From the NCBI GenBank assembly GCA_012523095.1, contig JAAYJE010000038.1, positions 40,244 to 104,243 on the forward strand: 64,000 bases of DNA, given 5' to 3'. This document shows, one piece after another, positions 9,914-17,488 of the stretch. The notes below the pieces were generated by a model, which was not told the DNA's origin, ran no database searches, and saw nothing but the letters and a program-made list of their open reading frames with translations. The position numbers and the translations under genes are program-made. Source of the stretch: Actinomycetota bacterium (GTDB taxonomy: Bacteria > Actinomycetota > Thermoleophilia > RBG-16-64-13). Within the stretch, counting starts at the first letter, position 1. Every line of letters begins with the position of its first letter.

Positions 9914-10683
9914 CCCTCTTCGACCTCGAGACCGTGCCAGCAAACGAGCTCGTCGTCAAAGGCCACGCAACCCGTGACCCCATTCGCATCCTGCTTGGCG
10001 AGGAACATGACGCATGTCACCATAGATGCCGGGGACTTCCAGCCGATCTGGTCCTCGGGCTTAGCCCACATCCGCATCCCCTCGGTGCTCACCACACCCC
10101 ACGGTTTGACGGCGTTGACTGCGATGTTGTTCTTGCCTTCTTCAGCCGCGAGCGCCCAGGTGAACCGGTCAAGACCCGCCTTTGAGACGGCATAGACGGC
10201 GCTGTAGCCCACGGTGCCGCTACCGCGTTCGGCGCCCGCGTTGGAGGCGATGTTGACGATGCTCCCGCCACCCTGCCCGCGCATGCTTGGTATGACCGCT
10301 TTGGAGCACAGGAAGGGTCCCGTCGTGTTGACTTTGAGCACGACCTCCCAACGTTTCAAGGGCATCTCAACGCACGGGAACGGGAAGTCGATGGCCGCGT
10401 TGTTCACCAGGATGTCGATGCGTCCCCACTTGGCCAGAGTCGCCTCGACCATGGCGTTGACACTCTCCTCGCTGGTCACGTCACAACGCACGGCGATGGC
10501 CTCGCCGCCCAGCTTCTCGATGTCGGCCACCGTCTCGCCGATGGTGCCCGGCAGCTTCTCGTGCGGCTGGACCTCGCTGCGGGCCGCCACGACCACCTTT
10601 ACACCCTCTCTCGCGAACCTCAGGGCAACAGCTTTTCCGATACCCCGGCTGGCTCCGGTGACGATAGCTACCTTGCCACGCAT
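9910..10683 (-). CDS. SDR family oxidoreductase
   Basis: MRGKVAIVTGASRGIGKA start, NNAA, and YAVSKAG catalytic motif. GGAGG RBS. Confidence 0.8.
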   Translation of the reverse strand: MRGKVAIVTGASRGIGKAVALRFAREGVKVVVAARSEVQPHEKLPGTIGETVADIEKLGGEAIAVRCDVTSEESVNAMVEATLAKWGRIDILVNNAAIDFPFPCVEMPLKRWEVVLKVNTTGPFLCSKAVIPSMRGQGGGSIVNIASNAGAERGSGTVGYSAVYAVSKAGLDRFTWALAAEEGKNNIAVNAVKPWGVVSTEGMRMWAKPEDQIGWKSPASMVTCVMFLAKQDANGVTGCVAFDDELVCWHGLEVEEG

Positions 10684-10739
10684 TCCTGCCTCCTCTTACT
10701 TGGAACCGGCATCACGCACCCGAAGCAGCAGACTTGGAT

Positions 10740-10786
10740 AGAGCGCTCGCTCTATCATTCTGGCAGAAGTCCGCTGCTTGTGTCAA
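10740..10786 (-). promoter_or_regulatory. Predicted promoter plus palindromic operator, copy 2 (same architecture as 8094-8142)
   Basis: Plus-strand tgtcaa 10781-10786, attctg 10758-10763, palindrome tagagcgctcgctcta 10740-10755. It sits 57-103 nt upstream of the SDR start at 10683. Confidence 0.45.
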
Positions 10787-10897
10787 GGACTGAAGAGCCG
10801 TAGTCTCAACCATGATGGACGCGCCGGACGCCGCGATGAGCATCGCTTTTCGGGTAGAATCCAGGCCACCGGCACTTCGACCACAGGTGAACACTCG

Positions 10898-11621
10898 CAT
10901 GAAGTACTACAACTACAGCATATCCCCAGGGATCTTCGCACGCTTCCCCGGTTACGTCCGCGGCGTGGTGATAGCCCACGAGGTCAAGAACGGCCCGTCC
11001 CCGGCCGAACTGGTGGAGATGATGCGCGAAGCGGAAGAGTCGGTGCGGGCGAGGGTCGATCCGGAACAGATCGCCGAGGAACCACGGATCAAGTCCTGGC
11101 GCGAGGCGTACCGAGCCTTCGGCGCCAAACCCTCAGAATTCCGCTCCTCAGTGGAGGCCATGGCAAGGCGGGCTCTGCGGGGCGACCGGCTTCCCAGCAT
11201 CAGTGCGCTGGTCGACCTCGGTAACGTCATGTCGCTGCGGCACCTGATACCGGCCGGGGCCCATGCCATCGACCTCTTGCAGGGAGACATAGAGCTCCGT
11301 TTTGCCAACGGCGATGAAGACTTCGTGGCCTTCGGCTCCGAGAAGTTGGAACACCCTCTACCGGGTGAGGTGGTCTTCGTCGAGGGCGGCACCAACACGG
11401 TGTTGACCAGACGCTGGACCTGGCGCCAGGGCAACCACACCCTGACCCTCCCCGACACAACCGCCATCGAGTTCAATGTCGACGGGTTACCGCCTGTCAC
11501 GCGCGAGGAGATCGAGGCCGCCTGCGCCGAAGTGGCGGAGTTGATCCGGCGGTTCTGCGGAGGTAGCAGCCGCATCGACTACCTGACGGCGGAGACCCCA
11601 CGCATCTCCCTGGCACCCTGA
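10898..11621 (+). CDS. B3/B4 tRNA-binding-domain protein (COG3382-like stand-alone PheT B3/4 domain)
   Basis: ATG at 10898 with AGGTGA RBS. Motifs MKYYNY...GVVIAHEVKN...KSWREAYRAFGAKPSEFRSSVEAMARR...LVDLGNV resemble stand-alone B3/4 proteins. Confidence 0.5.
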
Positions 11622-11662
11622 GCCGGCGGAGCCACTCGTTCCTACCGAACACCCGCCCGACG

Positions 11663-12859
11663 CTAAACCGCCTCCACCACCGTGGCGATGCCCTGGCCGC
11701 CGGCGATGCACAGCGTTGCCAGCCCGTAGCGCGTGCCCCGCTTCTGCATCTCATGGAGCAAGGTCGTGAACACCCTCGCCCCGGAGCAGCCTATAGGATG
11801 GCCGAGCGCGATGGCTCCTCCGTTGACGTTGAGGACGTCCATGCGGTCTCCGATGCCTAGCTCTTTGATGACCGCCAACGACTGCGCCGCGAACGCTTCG
11901 TTCAGTTCAATCAGACCCATATCGTCAAAGGTGAGGCCCGCGCGTTTCAGCGCCAAGCGCGAGGACGGCGCCGGCCCGAGACCCATGATCTCTGGAGGCA
12001 CGCCCGCGACGCCCATGCCTCGTATCGCCACCATGGGTTCGATACCGCGACGACCCGCCTCCTTGGCCGACATGACCACAGTGCAGCCGGCCCCGTCGTT
12101 GCGGCCCGAAGAATTGCCCGCGGTCACCTGCCCGTCCTTCTTGAAGACGGCCGGCAGTGCCGCCAGCCCCTCCAGAGTGCTCCTACGTGGATGCTCGTCG
12201 GTATCAAAGACGAGAGGATCCTTCTTCCGCTGCGGAACGTGTACCGCTACGATCTCGCCCTTGAAGCGACCTGACTCGATAGCGGCGAACGCCCGCTCCT
12301 GGCTCTGCAATGCGAAGGCATCCGATTCTTCGCGGGTGATGCCGTACTTCTCCCCCAGGTTCTCGGCCGTCAGCCCCATGGTCAGGTCGCCGTACACCTC
12401 GTAAGGTTGAGAGCGGGGCTGGCTTTCGGTGTTCGAGTCGAGCAGCACCGCGTTGCCGGCCCGGTACCCGTAGCGCGCGTCCCTGAGGTAGTAAGGAGCC
12501 CTGCTCATGCTCTCTACGCCACCCGCGACCACGATGTCGGCCTCGCCGATCATGATACTGGCCGCCGCGTTGTGGACAGATTGAAGACCCGAGCCACACT
12601 GCCGCATGACCGTGTAGGCGGGCACCTCCACAGGCAGCCCGGCCTTGAGCGCCGCCACACGCGCCAGATTGGCGGCGTCCGCACTCTGCTTGGCCTGGCC
12701 CATGATGACTTCGTCCACTTCGCCAGGTTCTACCTCGGCCCGTGCCAAGGCTTCCTGTATGACCAGCTTGGCGAGATCCTCGGGCTCCATGTCCTTGAGC
12801 CCTCCACCCAACCTGCCTACCGCCGTTCTCACGGCACTGACGATGACCACTTCGTCCAT
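11663..12859 (-). CDS. acetyl-CoA C-acyltransferase (thiolase)
   Basis: MDEVVIVSAVRTAVGR start, Cys region TVMRQCGSGLQS, and C-terminal GGQGIATVVE. ATG at 12859 with GGGAAGG RBS; the track start at 12895 is GTG. Confidence 0.85.
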   Translation of the reverse strand: MDEVVIVSAVRTAVGRLGGGLKDMEPEDLAKLVIQEALARAEVEPGEVDEVIMGQAKQSADAANLARVAALKAGLPVEVPAYTVMRQCGSGLQSVHNAAASIMIGEADIVVAGGVESMSRAPYYLRDARYGYRAGNAVLLDSNTESQPRSQPYEVYGDLTMGLTAENLGEKYGITREESDAFALQSQERAFAAIESGRFKGEIVAVHVPQRKKDPLVFDTDEHPRRSTLEGLAALPAVFKKDGQVTAGNSSGRNDGAGCTVVMSAKEAGRRGIEPMVAIRGMGVAGVPPEIMGLGPAPSSRLALKRAGLTFDDMGLIELNEAFAAQSLAVIKELGIGDRMDVLNVNGGAIALGHPIGCSGARVFTTLLHEMQKRGTRYGLATLCIAGGQGIATVVEAV

Positions 12860-13009
12860 GAGACCTTCCCTGTCTATCCGCCAAGAGTTCAACACGGCCG
12901 GCCGTAGAGGACTCCACCGCCGGCCGAGACCGCCCCGACCGTCAAAGGATCCCCGACGGCCGAGGCCATTCCAGCGGCCTGAGGATCGCTCCCCGACCGC
13001 TTCAGATCA

Positions 13010-13849
13010 TCAGTCGAACGGCTCCAGCACGATGCCGCCTAGATCGACGTCGGTATGCGTGAACACCTCGATGATCATCGACGCGTATCCGTCGCACTCG
13101 ATGTTCACACGGTAGTCCTTGTTCTTCTCCAAGCCGTCGAACTCGAAGTCCCCATAGTTGTCTGTGTGGGTCTCGAGCCTGATCCCCTCTCCCTCGAGAG
13201 TGACCCACACTCCTTCGGCGCACTCGTCAGGGACGTCACGCCGGATGACCTCACCGACCACGAAGCGTTTGGGGATGCCGACGTACTTGACCAGCGGAGA
13301 GGTATTGTACTCGGGATGAAGCGCCTCCGTATCGAGGGTCGCAACCAGCTTCGATATCTCGCTGTTCGGGTCGTCCAGGTCGCCGAAAACGAGAGCGCCG
13401 GTCGGACAGGCTTCTACGCACCGGGGTTGCTTCTCCCCCGCATCCAGCATGTGCGCACACAGGGTACATTTCTGGGGGATATCCAGTTCGGCGTTCCAGA
13501 AGACCACCCGGTAGGGACAAGCGTTCACTACCGCCTTCTGCCCCTTGGCCCTCACCGGGTCGATCATGACGACGCCGTCGTCGCGCCGGTATACGGCGTC
13601 GTCCAGGGCCACGGCGATACAAGGCGCCTCTTCGCAATGTAGGCACGGAATCGGCAGGTAGTCCACTTTAGGTTTGGGATAACTCCCGCGCTCGATCTCC
13701 TTGACCTGCATCCAGAACTGCCCCTCGAGAGGTTGGGGAGCCGAATAAGAGCCGTAGTCGTTGCCATAGTACTCGTCGCGGCACGCCAAGAAGCAGTTGT
13801 GGCAGCCACTGCACTTGGTCACGTCTATAAGCAAGCTAAGCCGCGCCAT
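13010..13849 (-). CDS. Molybdoenzyme small (beta) subunit of the pyrogallol-phloroglucinol transhydroxylase family, copy 1: three [4Fe-4S] motifs plus C-terminal beta-sandwich domain
   Basis: CSGCHNCFLAC, PCLHCEEAPC, CPYRVV and CTLCAH...CVEACPTGA Cys clusters. C-terminal ..NYGDFEFDGLEKNKDYRVNIECDGY...VDLGGIVL resembles the Pelobacter BthL C-domain. GGAGGG RBS inside the alpha gene end, 3-nt gap. Confidence 0.8.
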   Translation of the reverse strand: MARLSLLIDVTKCSGCHNCFLACRDEYYGNDYGSYSAPQPLEGQFWMQVKEIERGSYPKPKVDYLPIPCLHCEEAPCIAVALDDAVYRRDDGVVMIDPVRAKGQKAVVNACPYRVVFWNAELDIPQKCTLCAHMLDAGEKQPRCVEACPTGALVFGDLDDPNSEISKLVATLDTEALHPEYNTSPLVKYVGIPKRFVVGEVIRRDVPDECAEGVWVTLEGEGIRLETHTDNYGDFEFDGLEKNKDYRVNIECDGYASMIIEVFTHTDVDLGGIVLEPFD

Positions 13850-13852
13850 CTC

Positions 13853-16402
13853 TCAGCCCTCCCATTTCCCTATCTCGATGAGGCACGAGTTGGGCGTCAT
13901 CCCCGGCGCATTCTTGGACAGCATCCGAGACGGGGTCAGCATGCTGACACACCCGCCCCTGTCCGGGGAGTCAGGGTCGCCCGGCATCAACGGGTCGTAC
14001 AGGGCCGAAGAAGCGTAGCTGTGCACCGTCCCAGGACGGACCCGACCTGTGACGACGGCGATGCAGAGCACCGACGCTCTGTCGTTGTAGAGGCGGACGA
14101 TATCGCCACTGTTGATGCCCCTCTCAGCCGCGTCCTCCGGATTCAGCCGCGCCGGCCACCAAGGATAGCCGTCCTTCTTGATGCGATGCACCGGGATGTC
14201 GTTAAGCCAGTCGGTGTGCTTGTCGTAGTGGCAGTGGAACGAGAAACGTGGATGCGGAGACAAGAGCTGCAACGGGTATTTGTCATACAGTCCGGGCGTG
14301 CGATACCCCTCCCAGCTACGGAGATATCGGGGCACTACCGGCCGTTCCTCGTCATCGGGGAAGTACTGCTTCAGACTCTCCGAGGCGAACTCGATCTTGC
14401 CGCTGAAGGTTCCCAGCTCGTGGTTCGCCGCGGTCAGCCGCTTGGGATTGCCGACGTCGGGCGTATCGCAGGCCCGGCCCTCGTAGAACCAACGCAGCCC
14501 AGGCGTGGGTTCGTAGTCGTCCTTGATGTTGATGATGTGATAACCCTTACGGTTGAACTCTTCCCAGCTCACCTCTTTGGGCAGGTCGCAGGCGTCGAAG
14601 AAACCTTTGACCCAATCGACCTCGGTCTTGCCGCCATCGGTGTACTCATCGCGGAGACCCATCTTCTCGAAGATGAGAGCGAAGATCTCATAATCCGATT
14701 TGGAATCCCAAAGTGGTTCGATGCACTTCTGCTCACGGACCACCACCCGGTAGTTGCAACCGCTGCTGGCGTGCCAGGTGTAGCCGTTAACGGCGGCCCA
14801 CTCCCCGATGTCGTCACGTTCGAAGTTGGTGCAGGCGGGCAGGATGACGTCGGCCATGCGGGTCTCGCTGTTCCACCAGATGTCTTGGTTCACCACGAAC
14901 TCCAGCTTGGGGCTCTGATACATACGCGCCCACTTCGTGGTGTCGCTCATGGTGCCCATGAAGGAGCCGCCGTATCGGTACCACAGCTTGACCTCAGAGC
15001 ACCCCTCCGCCGGGTACTTGAAATGCATGAATTGCTGCTCGAGGCTCCTGCCGCAGAAGCCCTCGCCGTACCACTCCACCGGAGGGTCGAGGATAGCGTC
15101 GGGCACCGTCAAGCGCCAAAGCCGCTGGGGGTTCGAATTGACCGGGATGTAGTCCGCGACCTTGGGAGACATCGATATGCGACCGTTAGGCTCACCATAG
15201 GCGGGCACCCAGACCGTGGTGTCGTTCGGAGCCCCCATCGTCGTACCCCAGATGCTGCGGCCCGGTGCGCCCAACCCCTGCATCGCCTGCAGCAACACCA
15301 TCATGCGGGCCCACTCAGTGCCGTATGCCTCCCGGCAGGCGCCGCCCTCGCCGCCGCGAGACCCCCCGGAAAGGATGGTGCGCTTGGCCGCCCACTCTCG
15401 GGCCAGGGCGCGGATCACTCGAGCCTCCACGTCGCACTCTTCGGCGGCCCACTCGGGGGTTTTGGGCACTCCGTCGATATCCCCCAGTATGTACTCCTTG
15501 AACTCTTCGAAACCGATGGTACGGTCGGCGACATACTCTTTGTTGTAGGTGTCCTCGGTGATCCACACGAAGGCTATGGCCATAGCCATGGCTGCGTCGG
15601 TGCCCATGCGCGGAGTGATCCACTTGCCGCCCATAACAGCGTTCGTGTAGTTATAGAAGGGGTCGATGAAGACCATCTTGACACCCTTCTCCTTGAGCCA
15701 CTGGCGCCAGAGCGCAGAGTCTTGGCCCGAGTATGTTCCCCGGGTGCTGTCCGGATCGTTGGACCAGTAGACGATCATCTCGGCATTCTGTAACGCATCG
15801 CCCAACATGTCGTACGGTTCGGGCATCCCGAGACGCCAGTAGAACCCGTAGCTGTGCGTGGCTCCCCAGTGCCAGCCCTCCCAGCTGTCGGGGTTGTCGA
15901 GCACCGGGGTGCCTTCCATCATGTTGAGGAACCGCGCGAAGGGCCCCATCTTATAACCCACGATGCCCCAGTTGTGGTGCGACGAGGTCATGCCGCTGAT
16001 GGCTGAGCCGCCGTAAGCATCCTTCACTCTCGTCAGCTCGGAGCTCACCAGAGTAGCAGCCTCATCCCAAGAGATGTGCTCGTAGGGAGACCTGCCACGG
16101 TTCTGCGGATTTCGGCCCCCGGGCCCGGTGGAGCCTGGAGCACCATTCGCGTCGAAATCGACCCGCTTCATCGGGTACTTGATGCGCTCGTCGGAGTAGA
16201 TGCGGCGGCGTTCTGCGTGGGTATAAGGCGACAGCGTCACCTTCTTAGGGGGAGAGTACTCTTTGCCGCCGGCTTCGATGGTCCAAGGCTTGAAGTCCTT
16301 CTCATCGACCACCAGTGGACGAACCCGAACGATCTTCCCGTCTTTGACATAGACAGACACGGGCCCGCTGTTGGTACAGTTGGCGAACACCCTTTCGGCC
16401 AT
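13853..16402 (-). CDS. Molybdopterin-dependent large (alpha) subunit of the pyrogallol hydroxytransferase (transhydroxylase) family, copy 1
   Basis: 849 aa MopB-type protein without an N-terminal CxxCxxxC FeS motif and without a Tat signal. Blocks PDSWEGWHWG, MIVYWSNDP, GVPKTPEWAAEE, ILPACTNFERDDIGEW and SDYEIF are as in the Pelobacter acidigallici large subunit. Confidence 0.8.
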   Translation of the reverse strand: MAERVFANCTNSGPVSVYVKDGKIVRVRPLVVDEKDFKPWTIEAGGKEYSPPKKVTLSPYTHAERRRIYSDERIKYPMKRVDFDANGAPGSTGPGGRNPQNRGRSPYEHISWDEAATLVSSELTRVKDAYGGSAISGMTSSHHNWGIVGYKMGPFARFLNMMEGTPVLDNPDSWEGWHWGATHSYGFYWRLGMPEPYDMLGDALQNAEMIVYWSNDPDSTRGTYSGQDSALWRQWLKEKGVKMVFIDPFYNYTNAVMGGKWITPRMGTDAAMAMAIAFVWITEDTYNKEYVADRTIGFEEFKEYILGDIDGVPKTPEWAAEECDVEARVIRALAREWAAKRTILSGGSRGGEGGACREAYGTEWARMMVLLQAMQGLGAPGRSIWGTTMGAPNDTTVWVPAYGEPNGRISMSPKVADYIPVNSNPQRLWRLTVPDAILDPPVEWYGEGFCGRSLEQQFMHFKYPAEGCSEVKLWYRYGGSFMGTMSDTTKWARMYQSPKLEFVVNQDIWWNSETRMADVILPACTNFERDDIGEWAAVNGYTWHASSGCNYRVVVREQKCIEPLWDSKSDYEIFALIFEKMGLRDEYTDGGKTEVDWVKGFFDACDLPKEVSWEEFNRKGYHIINIKDDYEPTPGLRWFYEGRACDTPDVGNPKRLTAANHELGTFSGKIEFASESLKQYFPDDEERPVVPRYLRSWEGYRTPGLYDKYPLQLLSPHPRFSFHCHYDKHTDWLNDIPVHRIKKDGYPWWPARLNPEDAAERGINSGDIVRLYNDRASVLCIAVVTGRVRPGTVHSYASSALYDPLMPGDPDSPDRGGCVSMLTPSRMLSKNAPGMTPNSCLIEIGKWEG

Positions 16403-16453
16403 CAGTCATCAGCTCCCATGAGATTCCGTGGTGGGCGGCTTCAAGAGGTAAAA

Positions 16454-16492
16454 CGATATCTCGATATTATTGAGTAATACTGCTAGTATCGT
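16454..16492. promoter_or_regulatory. 39-bp conserved operator-like motif, copy A, in the divergent promoter region between the transhydroxylase-1 operon and IclR/transhydroxylase-2
   Basis: cgatatctcgatattattgagtaatactgctagtatcgt matches the reverse complement of 28095-28133 at 30/39 positions, including an identical 18-mer cgatattattgagtaata. Confidence 0.45.
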
Positions 16493-16501
16493 AGAGTAGG
16501 C

Positions 16502-17362
16502 ATGGTCCATTTGCAAGGCATGCGCTCGCCTGGAAGAGCGGCCCCGATCGACGGGAGAGATATGGCCGCGACGACAGCATCGCGAGATACCGATCCTTTC
16601 TCGGTCAGAGCGCTGGCCCGAGGCCTCTCCATTCTATGCCTTTTTGACGTGGACCACAGAGAGTGGACCATCGACGAGATGGTGGAGCGGACCGGGCTGG
16701 TTCGCATGACGGCCTACCGGATGGTGCGGACTCTGGAGTCCATGGCCTTCCTGGTGCGGGATTCCGCGACCAATCGCTACCGGCTCGGGCCGGCCATGTT
16801 GGCGCTCTGCTACGTCGCCGCCGATCAGTCGGAGTTCATCGCGGCGGCCCGACCTTTTCTCGAATCCCTCGTGGAGCAGACGGGAGAATCGGTCACTCTG
16901 GCCGTGGAGGTCGACGGGTTCCCCGTGTGTGTGGACATCATCAACACCACCCGTCCCTTCAAGCGCCAAACGGCCCCCGGCCGCATCCTCGGTGACATCG
17001 CGACGGTCCACGGAAAGATCTTCACCGCCTTCAAGTCGCCGGAGGAAAGAGAAGCGCTTCTCGCTCGGCCCCGCGCCAGGCGGACACCTCAGACCGTGAC
17101 CGACCGGGAGGTCATCCTGGCGGAGCTCGACCGGGTAGTCAAGGACGGCGTAGCCTACGATCTCGAAGGGTACTACCAGGGTCTGTGCGCGGTGGGCGCT
17201 CCGGTACGCGACCAGTTCGGAGCGGTCACGGCCTCAATCTCCGTGGTGGCTCCTGCGGGCCGCTTCGGTCCCGCCGAGAGCGCCGCTTTCGCGGAGGCCG
17301 TCACGGAGGCGGCCGGCGCCTTCTCCGCCTATCTGGGGTGGACCCCCCGAGCATCTACTTAG
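16502..17362 (+). CDS. IclR family transcriptional regulator
   Basis: N-terminal wHTH (..SVRALARGLSILCLFD...WTIDEMVERTGLVRMTAYRMVRTLESMAFL..) and C-terminal IclR effector domain. The start codon is uncertain; later Met at 16520 or 16562 are possible. Confidence 0.75.
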   Translation: MVHLQGMRSPGRAAPIDGRDMAATTASRDTDPFSVRALARGLSILCLFDVDHREWTIDEMVERTGLVRMTAYRMVRTLESMAFLVRDSATNRYRLGPAMLALCYVAADQSEFIAAARPFLESLVEQTGESVTLAVEVDGFPVCVDIINTTRPFKRQTAPGRILGDIATVHGKIFTAFKSPEEREALLARPRARRTPQTVTDREVILAELDRVVKDGVAYDLEGYYQGLCAVGAPVRDQFGAVTASISVVAPAGRFGPAESAAFAEAVTEAAGAFSAYLGWTPRAST

Positions 17363-17488
17363 GTAGTTTGGACCCCCGTTCTGCCGGGCAACTATTGACT
17401 GATCGCTCCCAGCAAGGTACAAAGGATTGGCCAATAATCTCAAACCCGAGGCGTCCATTCACCCCTCTTCGAAAGGACGACGATTGCT

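Noticed and set aside
16502-16561. Alternative later starts for the first IclR regulator (Met at 16520 or 16562)
   Set aside because: They could not be resolved from RBS context. The track start at 16502 is kept, with reduced confidence.
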